Shown: positions 17,621 to 27,843, counted from the stretch's first letter. The stretch is 64,000 nucleotides of DNA from Vulcanimicrobiota bacterium (GCA_050250895.1 JBFWNU010000001.1:128001-192000), one strand, 5' to 3'. Numbers and translations: made by a program. The notes: generated by a model from the letters alone, not told the origin.

Positions 17621-18927
17621 GATCCCGATTTCGCAAATGGCTGACGCCGGGCATCGGCATCAAGCGCTGGCTGCTTTTGTCAGTGACCGGGTTGCTTTGC
17701 TTCACCCTGGGCATCCTGGTGCTGGCCGATGTGCCGGCGGACTTTTACTCTTTCCTGAGGGCTCGGGTCTCGATCCGAGCCACGGTGGGGGTTTTCAGCA
17801 TTCTAGCCGGCCTGGTCATCATGGTGGTGGCGCTCTATCGCTGGTTTGGCACCATTTTTGCAGCCGTCGCGCCCAACGAGAAGAAGCTGCTGGTGGACGT
17901 TCTCTACGAGCGCCGTCAGCTCGAACACGGCCTGAAAATCGTGGCCATCGGAGGTGGCACCGGCCTGAGCTGCCTGTTGCGTGGTCTCAAGCCCTATTCC
18001 AGCAACCTGGTCGCGGTGGTCACGGTTAGCGATGACGGCGGCAGTTCGGGGCGCCTATCGAAAGAGCTGGGCGTTCTTCCCCCCGGCGACATACGCAACT
18101 GCCTGGTCTCGCTAGCCGACGACGAGTCGCTGCTGTCGGAGCTCTTCGACTATCGCTTCCAGGACGGCCACGGTCTCGAAGGCCACTCCTTCGGCAACCT
18201 CTTCCTGGCCGCCCTGACCAACATGGCCGGCGACTTCGAAGAGGCCATCAAGATGTCGAGCCAGATCCTGGCCACCCGGGGCCGGGTGCTGCCGGCCACC
18301 CTCTCGACCGTGACCCTGTGCGCTCGCTATGCCGATGGCAGCGAAGTGCGCGGTGAATCGGCCATTCCAACCGCGGGCAAGCCTATCGCCGAGGTCTATC
18401 TCGACCCGCCTCGCTGCCGACCTCCAGCCGAGGTGCTCGAAGCCATCGCCCAGGCCGACGCCATCGTGATGGGTCCCGGCAGTCTTTTCACCAGCGTCAT
18501 TCCCAACCTCATGGTAGATGGCATCGTCGAGGCCCTGCTGGCCACTTCGGCCCCCAAGATTTATGTCTGCAACGTCATGACCCAGCCCGGCGAGAGCGAA
18601 GGCATGGGCGCGGCCGATCACCTGGCCGCCCTGCACCAACACGCCGGCGCACCCGTGGTGGACTATGCCCTGGTCAACATCGAGTCACCCGCTCAGGTCA
18701 GCCTGCTCAACTATAAGGCCCACGGTGCCGACACGGTCGCCCCCCAGTTGGCCGACCTCGAGGCCCTGGGAGTCACTCCCGTGGCCGCTAGCCTGGTCAG
18801 CGCCGACGATCTGGTGCGGCACGATTCTACCCGGCTGGCCTCGGCCCTCATCGACCTCATCGCCCGCCACAAATCAAGAGAAGCCGCGGTGGCCGCGGCT
18901 CCTCGTCATCTACGCGCCGTCAAATAG
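17617..18927 (+). CDS. yvcK: YvcK/GlmR (UPF0052, CofD-like) protein with N-terminal TM extension
   Basis: IGGGTGLS, DDGGSSG, PPGDIRNC, GHSFGNL, GPGSLFTS, NVMTQPGE. Confidence 0.93.
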   Translation: MRSRFRKWLTPGIGIKRWLLLSVTGLLCFTLGILVLADVPADFYSFLRARVSIRATVGVFSILAGLVIMVVALYRWFGTIFAAVAPNEKKLLVDVLYERRQLEHGLKIVAIGGGTGLSCLLRGLKPYSSNLVAVVTVSDDGGSSGRLSKELGVLPPGDIRNCLVSLADDESLLSELFDYRFQDGHGLEGHSFGNLFLAALTNMAGDFEEAIKMSSQILATRGRVLPATLSTVTLCARYADGSEVRGESAIPTAGKPIAEVYLDPPRCRPPAEVLEAIAQADAIVMGPGSLFTSVIPNLMVDGIVEALLATSAPKIYVCNVMTQPGESEGMGAADHLAALHQHAGAPVVDYALVNIESPAQVSLLNYKAHGADTVAPQLADLEALGVTPVAASLVSADDLVRHDSTRLASALIDLIARHKSREAAVAAAPRHLRAVK

Positions 18928-18930
18928 CCG

Positions 18931-21636
18931 TTACAGGCTGCCGGCTTTGACGATCGACAGCTTGTCGACGGCCAGGTGCCGATTCATCGCTGCCTTGATA
19001 TCCTCGGCCGTGAGCGCTTCGACCCTGGCCATCCACTGTTTCCGCCATTCCATGGTGCGGTCCAGGAAAAGATAGCTTTCCAGGGTGCTGGCCAGGGCGC
19101 CGTCTTTGCCCAGGGAGACCTTCAAGGACTCGAGATAGCCCTTCTTGGCCGCCGCCACCTCGTCGGCCGTGAAGCCTTCAGACAGGGCTTTGGCCAGCTC
19201 TTCCCTGACCGCCACCTCGACTTTGGCCATGTTTTCGGGGGCAGCGATGGCATAGACGAAGAACCGTCCGGATTTATCCAGGGCGTTAGCCGAGACCTGC
19301 GAGCCCACTCCGTAGCTCAGGCCCTCCTTCTGACGAATGCGGGTGGCCAGACGCGAGTTCAAAAAGCCTCCGCCCAGAATGTAGTTGCCCAGCACCAGAG
19401 CAGGATAATCGGGGTCGGTGTCTTGCAAAGCCAGGTTGTTGGCCGCAAAGAAGATGGCATTGGCTTTGTCGGTCACCTGGATGGTTTCGTTGATGGGCCC
19501 GACCAGGTTCGCCTCTTCGGGGATCCGGGCGTAGGCAGCCGGACTCTTCCAATCGCCGAAGAGTTGCTCGAGCAGCGGTTTGATCGTCTCGGGGTCAAAG
19601 TCTCCCACCACTGCGATCTCGCCCTGGCTGGCGCCGTAGAAGTTCTGATAGAAGGTCCTGGCCTGCTCGAGTTTAGCCGCCTTGACCTCGGCGATATCCT
19701 CCTCGAGGGTCGACACGTAACGCGGGTCGCCTTTGGGATAAGGAGCCAGGTGGCGGCGCAGCCTGGTGGCCGCCAGGCTCTGAGGATCGGTCAGATTCGA
19801 CTCGATGTCCGCCAGCGTCCCTCGCACCAGTGTGTCGAACTCGTCTTGCGGAAAGCTCGGCGAGCGCATCACTTCAGCCGTCAGTTTCAACACTTCGGGC
19901 AAATTCTCGCGGGTGGTCTCGAAGGCCGCCTCTAGCGAATTCGTGTCGCCGTCGACGCCCCCGTTGGCTTTCAGCTGATCGAACAGGTCGGCCAGTTGTT
20001 GGCGAGTGTGCTTGGTGGTGCCGCGCATCAGCATCGAGCCGGCGAAACTGGCGGGCGTTTCGAGCCCCTGGAGGTTCTCGAGATTTCCGAAGCGGAAAGT
20101 GATGGTGAAATTGACCGCTTCACCGCGGTTCTTCTTGGGCAGTAAAGCTACTTTGACGCCCGACGACAAGGTATAGCGGGTGACCCTCGATTCGATGTTA
20201 TCGGGGCTGGGGTCGAAAGCCTCGCCGGCCGACATCCCCTCGCGTCCCTTGTAGTCGCCGACCACGGCGCTGAGGTCAGCCACCTCGGGAATCTCGGCTC
20301 GCTCGGGACTGGCGGTGGGAATGAACACACCCAGAGTCCGGTTAGACTGTTTTAGATACTTTTCGGCGGCGGCTGCCACCTGTTCGGGGGTCACCTTCTC
20401 GAGCCGGTCACGGTGGAGGAAGAAAAGCCTCCAGTCGCCCATGGCCGCCCACTCCGAGATTTGCAAGCTGATCCGCTCGCTATCGCGAAAGGTCGATTCG
20501 AGACCTTTGAGAAGCGAGGTCCGAGCCCGCTCGACTTCTTCCGGGGTGGGATTCTTGAACTGTTCCACCACCTTGAACATGGCATCACGCACTTTGTCGG
20601 TCGAGCCGTCTTTGCGCAGCTCGGCCATAAAGAGCATCAGGCCCGGCTCCCGCAACTGAAAGGCCCCTCCATAGATCGAGGTCGCCAGCTTGGTCTTGAC
20701 CAGGGCCTCATAAAGACGTCCCGAGGGGGTGTCCCCGAGAATCTCGCCCAGGATGTCGCAGGCTGCGAAATCTTCGTGAGCGCCTGAGGGAATGTGATAG
20801 GCGGTGGCCACCGCCTGCACCTCGCCCACCCGGCGTAGCGTCACCGAGCGCTCGCCGTCTTGCGTGGGCTCGACGGTGTAGGTCGGGAGGAGCTTGCGCT
20901 CGGGACGAGGCAGGTTGCCGAACTTCTCGGCCACCAGGGCCAGCGTCTGCTCGGGGTCGATCTTGCCAGCCACCATCAAGATCGCGTTGTCGGGCTGATA
21001 GTACTTGTGGTAGAAGGCTTGCAGCCGCTCGATGGGCACCCGCTCGATGTCGCTGCGAGCTCCGATGGTGGCGTTGCCATAGTTCTGCCACAAAAAAGCG
21101 GTCGAGAAGACACGCTCCATCAAGATGCTGGTGGGACTGTTCTCGCCCGACTCGAATTCGTTGCGAACGACGGTCATCTCGCTGTCAAGGTCCTTCTTGG
21201 CGATGAAAGAGTTGACCATGCGGTCACTCTCTAAATCGAGCGCCCACTGCAGATTCTCGTCAGAGGCCGGAAAGGTCTCGAAGTAGTTGGTGCGGTCATA
21301 CCAGGTGGTGCCGTTGGGGCGAGCCCCGTGAGCGGTCAGCTCTTCGGGAACATTGGTGTGATTGGTCGAGCCTTTGAACATCAGATGCTCGAGCAGATGG
21401 GCCATGCCCGTCTCACCGTAGCCTTCGTGCCGCGAACCCACCAGATAGGTGATGTTGACCGTGATCTTCGGCGAAGTCGGGTCGGGAAACAACAACACTC
21501 GCATGCCGTTGTCGAGTTTATATTCGGTAATGCCCTCCACCGAGGTCACCTGTTGCACGCCGGCCGGCAGCGTCTGGGCCGGGGCCACGCCCCAGCCGAG
21601 CAACAGGCAAAAGAGGGTCAACAAAGTCTTTTTCAT
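18931..21636 (-). CDS. secreted M16 (pitrilysin) family zinc peptidase
   Basis: Signal peptide MKKTLLTLF, SD GGAGG, HLLEH inverted zinc motif, SRL..IRQKEGLSY. Confidence 0.93.
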   Translation of the reverse strand: MKKTLLTLFCLLLGWGVAPAQTLPAGVQQVTSVEGITEYKLDNGMRVLLFPDPTSPKITVNITYLVGSRHEGYGETGMAHLLEHLMFKGSTNHTNVPEELTAHGARPNGTTWYDRTNYFETFPASDENLQWALDLESDRMVNSFIAKKDLDSEMTVVRNEFESGENSPTSILMERVFSTAFLWQNYGNATIGARSDIERVPIERLQAFYHKYYQPDNAILMVAGKIDPEQTLALVAEKFGNLPRPERKLLPTYTVEPTQDGERSVTLRRVGEVQAVATAYHIPSGAHEDFAACDILGEILGDTPSGRLYEALVKTKLATSIYGGAFQLREPGLMLFMAELRKDGSTDKVRDAMFKVVEQFKNPTPEEVERARTSLLKGLESTFRDSERISLQISEWAAMGDWRLFFLHRDRLEKVTPEQVAAAAEKYLKQSNRTLGVFIPTASPERAEIPEVADLSAVVGDYKGREGMSAGEAFDPSPDNIESRVTRYTLSSGVKVALLPKKNRGEAVNFTITFRFGNLENLQGLETPASFAGSMLMRGTTKHTRQQLADLFDQLKANGGVDGDTNSLEAAFETTRENLPEVLKLTAEVMRSPSFPQDEFDTLVRGTLADIESNLTDPQSLAATRLRRHLAPYPKGDPRYVSTLEEDIAEVKAAKLEQARTFYQNFYGASQGEIAVVGDFDPETIKPLLEQLFGDWKSPAAYARIPEEANLVGPINETIQVTDKANAIFFAANNLALQDTDPDYPALVLGNYILGGGFLNSRLATRIRQKEGLSYGVGSQVSANALDKSGRFFVYAIAAPENMAKVEVAVREELAKALSEGFTADEVAAAKKGYLESLKVSLGKDGALASTLESYLFLDRTMEWRKQWMARVEALTAEDIKAAMNRHLAVDKLSIVKAGSL

Positions 21637-21682
21637 AGGGCCTCCAGCGAGTAGAACCCCTCCGTTCGGTCCCTGTTTCGGG

Positions 21683-22834
21683 TTACCCTTCGAAGCTGAT
21701 TGCGCTGGCCCCGATGCGTCCGGCCAGCCCCTCGAGCGCCTTCTCCAACCGTTTCGACCGGGCAACCCCAGGTTTGACGCCGTTCTCCCACCACAACCCC
21801 CGCACGACAATCTGACTCTGCGGACGCTCGAACTTGGCGTCGAGCCGGCCCACCAACCGCTCCCCCTCCAGAATCGGCAAAACATAGTAGCCATACTGCC
21901 GCTTCTGCTCCGGCACGAAGGCCTCGAAGCGATAGTCGAAATCGAACAGCCAGGCCACTCGCTTGCGGTCTCGCACCAGCGGGTCAAAAGGCGCCAGCAG
22001 GCGCATCCGCGCGGCCGGCTCGCCAATTTCCAACTGCTCGAAGTCGGCGCGAGCATAAAGTTCGCGCCCGTCTACTCTCACTTTAGGCAGATTTTGGTCG
22101 CACCACTTGTCCACCTGGGCCCCGGTGAAGAGGTTCCAGAAGGCCCCGATCTCGCTGGCGGTGCCCACGCCCAGTCGCTCGATGGCGCTGCGGCAGGCCC
22201 AGGCCAGCACTACCTCCCGACCGGGCTTCTCTTGTTGAAGATGCTTTTCGGGAATGACCCGTTCGGTCAGGTCATAGACCTTCTCGAAGCCCTGGCGCCC
22301 GGCGATCATCAACTCTCCCGAACGCCATAGATGCTCGAGAGCCGCCTTGGCGGGGGTCCAGCCCCACCATTTGCCCCGTTGCTCACCGGCCTCGCGAAAG
22401 CTTCTGGTCGGCAGCGGGCCCTCTTGCTCGAGCCGTTGTCGAATTTGCTCCATCATGGCTTCGGGCTCGGCTCCCAGCCGCTCCATCCACCAGCCGTTGC
22501 GCTGGATGCGTTGCTTGAAGCGCTCGAAGCGATAATGCCAATAGGGAAAGTTCTGGGCGGGAATGATCGAGGCATCGTGAGTCCAGTGCTCGAAAAACCG
22601 CCGCTTCTTCTCGAGGAGCTGAGCCAGGAACTCGGGCTTGTAGCCGTCCATCCGGGCTCCCAGAATCAGATGATGGGCCCGTTCGAGCACGTTGATCGAG
22701 TCGATCTGAACAAATCCCAGATGCTCGATGATCTCGGCCGCCCGGTCGGCGCTGGCCTTTCGCCGTGGCGACTCGAGCAGGTCTTGCCCGGCCATGAACA
22801 AGCGCCGAGCCCGGTCCCGACTCAGTTCCGTCAT
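21683..22834 (-). CDS. YcaQ/AlkZ-like winged-helix crosslink-repair DNA glycosylase family protein
   Basis: FVQIDSINVLERAH, FEHWTHDAS, LLAPFDPLV, YRFEAFVP..KRQYGYYVLPIL. Confidence 0.9.
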   Translation of the reverse strand: MTELSRDRARRLFMAGQDLLESPRRKASADRAAEIIEHLGFVQIDSINVLERAHHLILGARMDGYKPEFLAQLLEKKRRFFEHWTHDASIIPAQNFPYWHYRFERFKQRIQRNGWWMERLGAEPEAMMEQIRQRLEQEGPLPTRSFREAGEQRGKWWGWTPAKAALEHLWRSGELMIAGRQGFEKVYDLTERVIPEKHLQQEKPGREVVLAWACRSAIERLGVGTASEIGAFWNLFTGAQVDKWCDQNLPKVRVDGRELYARADFEQLEIGEPAARMRLLAPFDPLVRDRKRVAWLFDFDYRFEAFVPEQKRQYGYYVLPILEGERLVGRLDAKFERPQSQIVVRGLWWENGVKPGVARSKRLEKALEGLAGRIGASAISFEG

Positions 22835-23349
22835 GGGGTGACCGTGACTTCGATCGGCTCCGACACCACCGTGAGCGTGGCTTTCACCTCTTTGGGCCGG
22901 CCTTTGCCGTGCTCCCCCTCGGCGAATTCGTAGTGAACCCTGAACCGATATTGCCCTGGCTCGAGGTCGAAGAAAGCCTGCGGCCCCGGGATCCAGCTCA
23001 TCAGCTCGAGCTTGTCTCCAGGCTCGAGGCCGACTCTATCCTTCTCCCAATCCGGATCATACAGGCCGCAGCGCCCGATTCCGTGCCGTTTGACCGCCGT
23101 CCACCGGTCCCCCTGACGGCGCTCGGCCGAGAAATATACGTACGGCTCGCGCCAGGCCGATTCAGAGCCATCGCCCGGTTTGACCACGGTCACTGTCCTT
23201 TTGCCTCGGTTGATCAACCAGGCCTCGAGTTCGATGTTGTCTCCCACCTTCACGGTAGTCGGACCCTTGGCCCCAACGACGAGCTCGAGCCCATCCTGGG
23301 CCCTGGCCCCCAGCAGCAGCACCAACAGCAACAACAGAGTCTTTCGCAT
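22831..23349 (-). CDS. hypothetical secreted Ig-like protein
   Basis: Signal peptide MRKTLLLLLVLLLGARA; PGQYRF and VSEPIEVTV strands; overlaps the ycaQ-like start. Confidence 0.7.
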   Translation of the reverse strand: MRKTLLLLLVLLLGARAQDGLELVVGAKGPTTVKVGDNIELEAWLINRGKRTVTVVKPGDGSESAWREPYVYFSAERRQGDRWTAVKRHGIGRCGLYDPDWEKDRVGLEPGDKLELMSWIPGPQAFFDLEPGQYRFRVHYEFAEGEHGKGRPKEVKATLTVVSEPIEVTVTP

Positions 23350-23410
23350 GCTCGAGCTTTCGCCGCCCTCCGGCCGTTCTCCCCGAGCAACCTGGCCCGC
23401 GCGCAAAGTC

Positions 23411-23424
23411 GGGACGTTTGTTCG
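23411..23424. promoter_or_regulatory. putative LexA (Cheo-type SOS) box
   Basis: Minus strand CGAAC-AAAC-GTCCC vs Bacillus consensus CGAACRNRYGTTYC (1 mismatch); lies in the divergent gap between thpR-recA-recX and the ycaQ-like operon. Confidence 0.6.
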
Positions 23425-23460
23425 AAAGGAAGGCCTTTTGGGCCCCAGAAAACCACCGCC

Positions 23461-24039
23461 ATGCGCCTCTTCATCGCAGTCAAACTGCCGACCGACGCCG
23501 CCCAGAGTGTCTCTGAGCTGGTGGAGCGACTGCGTCCGCAGGTCAGGGGAGTAAAGTGGGTCGACCCCGGCCTGATGCACTTTACCCTGAAATTTCTGGG
23601 TGAGACCGAGCCGAGCAGGCTAGGACAAATCCAGGCCGCCCTGGCCCAGGTGCAAGCCGCTCCCTTCGAAGTGCAGCTCGAAGCTGCCGGGGCCTTTCCC
23701 AACCAGGGACGCCCCCGAGTGCTCTGGGTCGGGGTGAGCGACGGCGCTCAGCCGATGAGCTTACTAGCCGAGCAAATCGAGCAAGTGCTTGGCCGTCCCC
23801 GTGAAGAGCGACCCTTCAAGCCCCATCTCACGATCGGACGCATCAAGCGGCCCACCCGCCAACCCGACCTGCAACTGCCCCAGGCTAGATTGGCCCGATT
23901 TCGAGTGGAGAGTTTCGAGTTGATCCGCAGTCAGCTGACACCGGCCGGACCGAAATACCATGTTCTATCAAGTTTCGGGTTGCATGCCGGGGCCAAGGTC
24001 GCTACACTAGGTTGTGAATCTGGTTCAAAGAAAGTTTGA
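23461..24039 (+). CDS. thpR: RNA 2',3'-cyclic phosphodiesterase (2H family)
   Basis: MRLFIAV, two HxT motifs (HFTLKFLG, HLTIGR), PRVLWVG. Confidence 0.92.
   Translation: MRLFIAVKLPTDAAQSVSELVERLRPQVRGVKWVDPGLMHFTLKFLGETEPSRLGQIQAALAQVQAAPFEVQLEAAGAFPNQGRPRVLWVGVSDGAQPMSLLAEQIEQVLGRPREERPFKPHLTIGRIKRPTRQPDLQLPQARLARFRVESFELIRSQLTPAGPKYHVLSSFGLHAGAKVATLGCESGSKKV
23980..24008 (+). promoter_or_regulatory. sigma70-type promoter of recA
   Basis: TTGCAT-N17-TACACT about 85 nt upstream of the recA ATG. Confidence 0.6.
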
Positions 24040-24092
24040 AAAAAAGTCTCTGAGCGAGAGCGTTCGAGACACTGAAACCGAGGTACACTGGA

Positions 24093-25118
24093 ATGGATAG
24101 AAAGAAAGCTCTCGATATGGCCATCGGCCAGATCGAGCGCCAGTATGGAAAGGGAGCGATCATGAAGTTGGGAGAAGCTACCGCGCGCTTTGAAGTGCCG
24201 GTCATCCCCAGCGGCTCGATCGCCATCGACACTGCTCTCGGCATCGGCGGTTTCCCCCGTGGCCGTGTAACCGAACTCTACGGACCGGAGTCTTCCGGTA
24301 AGACCACCCTGGCCCTACACGTGCTTGCCGAAGCGCAGAAGCTTGGCGGCGTAGCAGCCTTCATCGATGTCGAACACGCTCTAGACCCGCTTTACGCGGC
24401 CAATCTGGGCGTCGATGTCGACGAACTCTACGTGGCTCAGCCCGATACCGGTGAGCAAGGCCTCGAGATCGTCGAGACGCTGGTGCGCTCGAACGCGGTA
24501 GATGTTGTGGTAGTCGACTCGGTGGCTGCCATGGTTCCGCGCGCAGAAATTGAAGGCGAAATGGGCGACACCCACGTGGGCCTGCAGGCCCGCCTGATGT
24601 CGCAAGCCCTTCGTAAACTGACGGCCGTCATCTCCAAGAGCAAGACGGCAGTCATCTTCATCAACCAGATCCGCGAAAAGGTCGGAGTGATGTTCGGCAA
24701 CCCCGAAACCACCCCGGGCGGCCGCGCGCTCAAGTTCTACTCCTCGGTGCGCCTCGAGGTGCGCCGCATGGACTCGATCAAGCAGGGCGGCGAACTGATG
24801 GGCAACCGGGCCAAGGTCAAGGTTGTCAAGAACAAACTGGCTCCGCCTTTCAAAGTGGCCGAATTCGACATCCTGTACGGAAAGGGCATCTCCCGCGAGG
24901 CGAGCCTGATCGACGTGGGTGTGGGAGCCGGCGTCGTCAGCAAGTCCGGCACCTGGTATTCCTATGGCGATGCTCGCCTGGGCCAGGGCCGCGACAACGC
25001 TCGGGTCTTCCTCGAGGAAAATCCGCAGGTCGCCGACGAGATCGAGCGCCAGGTTCGCGCCCTTTCGGGCATGGACCGCTCGACCCGCAACGGCGAAGCT
25101 GTCGCTGTTGAAGCCTGA
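24093..25118 (+). CDS. recA: recombinase RecA
   Basis: [40 protein letters not shown]. Confidence 0.99.
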   Translation: MDRKKALDMAIGQIERQYGKGAIMKLGEATARFEVPVIPSGSIAIDTALGIGGFPRGRVTELYGPESSGKTTLALHVLAEAQKLGGVAAFIDVEHALDPLYAANLGVDVDELYVAQPDTGEQGLEIVETLVRSNAVDVVVVDSVAAMVPRAEIEGEMGDTHVGLQARLMSQALRKLTAVISKSKTAVIFINQIREKVGVMFGNPETTPGGRALKFYSSVRLEVRRMDSIKQGGELMGNRAKVKVVKNKLAPPFKVAEFDILYGKGISREASLIDVGVGAGVVSKSGTWYSYGDARLGQGRDNARVFLEENPQVADEIERQVRALSGMDRSTRNGEAVAVEA

Positions 25119-25542
25119 CGAGCTAGAACAGAAGGCCCTCGACCTCCTGTCGCGGCGTGACCACTCTCGCCAGCAGCTTCGCCTGAAGCTGCTGCAGCGA
25201 GGGGCCACCCATGAGGATGTCGAGGGCCTTTTAGCGCGGCTGGCCGAACGTGGCCTGCTCGACGAACGGCGCTTTGCCGATGCCTTTATCCGCTCACGAG
25301 TTCGCAAAGGCCTGGGGAAAGAGCGCCTGCGGCAAGAGCTGATCAGCCGCGGGCTGCCTTCGGACATCGCCGGCACTGCCGTAGCCGAAGCCGAACTGCC
25401 CGATGAAGAAGAGCAGGCTTTCCGCTTAGCCGAAGCCCGCCAGTCCCGCGGCCCCGAAGCCCTCTACCGCTTCCTCCGACGCCGTGGTTACTCCAACGAG
25501 ACCTGTCGCAACGTCCTACGCCGGTTGGCCCCCGAAAGCTAA
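25108..25542 (+). CDS. recX: regulatory protein RecX
   Basis: [26 protein letters not shown]; directly after recA; TTG start inferred. Confidence 0.9.
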   Translation: MKPDELEQKALDLLSRRDHSRQQLRLKLLQRGATHEDVEGLLARLAERGLLDERRFADAFIRSRVRKGLGKERLRQELISRGLPSDIAGTAVAEAELPDEEEQAFRLAEARQSRGPEALYRFLRRRGYSNETCRNVLRRLAPES

Positions 25543-25871
25543 GCCCGCAGGGTTTCGCGGGAGGGGGCGCGGAGAAGGTTCGCGGGACTCGAAACCGTGG
25601 TGTTCTGACGGCTTTGAACACGGAGAAAAGGAGAACACGGAGAGGTTTCCGGCCTGGGCTACGCGCTACGCGTGCTGCTCTGGCGATTTTTCTTGGTTGA
25701 GGCAGCATGAGATCGGCCAGGCGACAGGCCACTTCCGCACGAAAGCTTGAGTCGCCGCAAACGAGCCGGCTCTTCAGTTCTTGCTTCTTGCTTCGACCAC
25801 GCGCCGCGCCTGTTCCGTGCGGAAGTCGGCTTGCCCCGCGACCGTGGCCGAGCTACCCAGGCTGGCCGGCG

Positions 25872-26086
25872 GCAGGCCGAAATCTCGACGGCGAAGCCAC
25901 GCGGCTCCTTTCTCGACGGCGCAGCCGGCGCTCCCCGTCGGCCGCAGGCCGAAATCTCCGCGGCGAAGCCACGCGGCTCCTTTCTCGACGGCGCAGCCGG
26001 CGCTCCCCGTCGGCCGCAGGCCGAAATCTCCGCGGCGAAGCCACGCGGCTCCTCTCTCGACGGCGAAGCCGGCGCTCCCCGTCGGC
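25872..26086. repeat. tandem array of a 72-bp unit, 3 copies
   Basis: GCAGGCCGAAATCTC.. units at 25872, 25944 and 26016, differing at only a few positions. Confidence 0.95.
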
Positions 26087-26104
26087 GCGAAGCGACGACG
26101 CCGC

Positions 26105-26482
26105 TCAGCCGTCTTCTTTGGGGGCGGCCCAGAGCAGAGCGCCGATGAGAGCCGGTTGCAGTGGTAGGCGGGCCCAGGCCATCCACGGCTCGGAGGGAAA
26201 GCCATGGAACTTCACTCCCGAGACGGCCATGTAAATGTTGGCCGGAAAGACGGCTACCAGCAGGGCCGACAGGCCGAGAGCGGCGCCTCGCTGGGCAGGC
26301 GTGAGCAGACCCACCCCGCCCAGGATCTCGCAGGCGCCACTGATGTAAACCAGCTCACGAGGAAAAGGCAGGGCCGGCGGCACGATGCGCGTGAACGACT
26401 CGGCGTCGGTAAAATGGGCCACCCCGGCGGTCACGAACAGGCCCGCCAGGGCGATACGGCCGGCTAGCTTGAGCAGGTTCAT
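26105..26482 (-). CDS. DoxX-like membrane protein
   Basis: LFVTAGVAHF, VYISGACEILGG, AVFPANIYMA, RLPLQ. Confidence 0.85.
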   Translation of the reverse strand: MNLLKLAGRIALAGLFVTAGVAHFTDAESFTRIVPPALPFPRELVYISGACEILGGVGLLTPAQRGAALGLSALLVAVFPANIYMAVSGVKFHGFPSEPWMAWARLPLQPALIGALLWAAPKEDG

Positions 26483-27843
26483 TCGCAGTAAGGGTCGGCC
26501 AGAGACAGCGCGTCGTCGAGCATCTCCATGCCTTCGGCCAGCTCCTCGTCGGTGATGCACAGGGGCGGCACGGCGAAGACCCAGTTCCAACGCACGAAGG
26601 TGTTGAAGCCGAGGTCCTTGAGGCGGGCGGCCACTTTCGCCATGGGCTCGGTGAGGGGCTTGTTCCAGCCGCACATCGGCTCGCGGGTCTCGCGGTTCTT
26701 GACCAGTTCGAGCACTTTGAACAGGCCGACACCGCGGACGTCGCCCACGCACGGATGCTTGGCCTGCAGCTTCTCGAGTTCCGAGCGCAGCTTGTGACCC
26801 ATCTGCGCGGCTCGCTCGATGAGGTTTTCTTCTTGGTAGACCTTGATACACGCGGCGGCGGCGGCGCAGCCGATGGGGTGCGCGCTGTAGGTGAGTCCGC
26901 ACCAGAGCGCGTTGGTATCGAAGTAGGCGCCGATCTCTTCCGAGACCACGGCGGCCCCGAGGGGGACATAACCGCAGGTGAGTCCTTTGGCGCATACCAT
27001 GATGTCGGGCTCGACGTCGTAATGGTCGATGCCGAACCATTTGCCGGTGCGTCCGAAGCCCGACATGACCTCGTCGACGATCAACTTGATGCCGTACTGA
27101 TCGCAGAGTCGGCGAATGCCCTGCCAGTAGGTCTTGGAATGAGGTGCGATGATGCCGCTCGAGCCGCTGTAGCCTTCGAGCAAGATGGCGGCTACATTGT
27201 CGGGGCCTTCCATCTGGATCTGTTCCTCGATGAGGTCGATCAGGGCCTGATCCCCCTCTTCGGGACTGCAATGGCGATAGAGCGGGCTACGATAGGAATA
27301 GGGGTCTAGCATGCGCACGATCCAGGGCACGCCTGGCTCGTTGGCTAGACGGCGGGGGTCGCCGCCAGCGGTCATGGCTCCGAAAGTAGCGCCGTGATAG
27401 CTGCGGTAGCGAGTAAAGACCTTTTGGCGGCCGGTGACCATGCGGGCGATTTTCATGGCGTTCTCGATGGCGTCAGCGCCGCCGAGGGTAAAGAACGATT
27501 TCTTGAGCTTGCCGGGGGTGACTTCAGCCAGCAACTGGGCGGCCTCGCCACGAGCTTTGCTGGCCAGGCCGGGATAGACAAAGGCGAGTTCGGCGGCCTG
27601 CTTTTGAATGGCTTCGATGACCTTGGGGTGACCATGTCCGATGTTGACGTTCATCAGCTGGGACGAAAAGTCGATGTAGCGCTTATCGTCCATATCCCAG
27701 AAATAGACGCCCTTGGCCCGGGCGATCGGAGCGGGTGTGATGGCCCCCTGGACAGACCAGGAGAAAAGCGAATACTCCTTATTCTGATCGATGACTTTCT
27801 GAGCTTCGGCCGAGTAGCCTTGAACACTGGTTGACGCGGACAT
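26479..27843 (-). CDS. class III PLP-dependent aminotransferase
   Basis: YIDFSSQL, SYHGAT, DEVMSGFGRTG, AKGLT; SD GGGAGG. Confidence 0.93.
   Translation of the reverse strand: MSASTSVQGYSAEAQKVIDQNKEYSLFSWSVQGAITPAPIARAKGVYFWDMDDKRYIDFSSQLMNVNIGHGHPKVIEAIQKQAAELAFVYPGLASKARGEAAQLLAEVTPGKLKKSFFTLGGADAIENAMKIARMVTGRQKVFTRYRSYHGATFGAMTAGGDPRRLANEPGVPWIVRMLDPYSYRSPLYRHCSPEEGDQALIDLIEEQIQMEGPDNVAAILLEGYSGSSGIIAPHSKTYWQGIRRLCDQYGIKLIVDEVMSGFGRTGKWFGIDHYDVEPDIMVCAKGLTCGYVPLGAAVVSEEIGAYFDTNALWCGLTYSAHPIGCAAAAACIKVYQEENLIERAAQMGHKLRSELEKLQAKHPCVGDVRGVGLFKVLELVKNRETREPMCGWNKPLTEPMAKVAARLKDLGFNTFVRWNWVFAVPPLCITDEELAEGMEMLDDALSLADPYCE

Noticed and set aside
25659-26234. Several ORFs with 24-aa repeats
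   Set aside because: The 72-bp period is divisible by 3 and many frames are open on both strands; the DNA hairpin symmetry explains the sequence better than coding does
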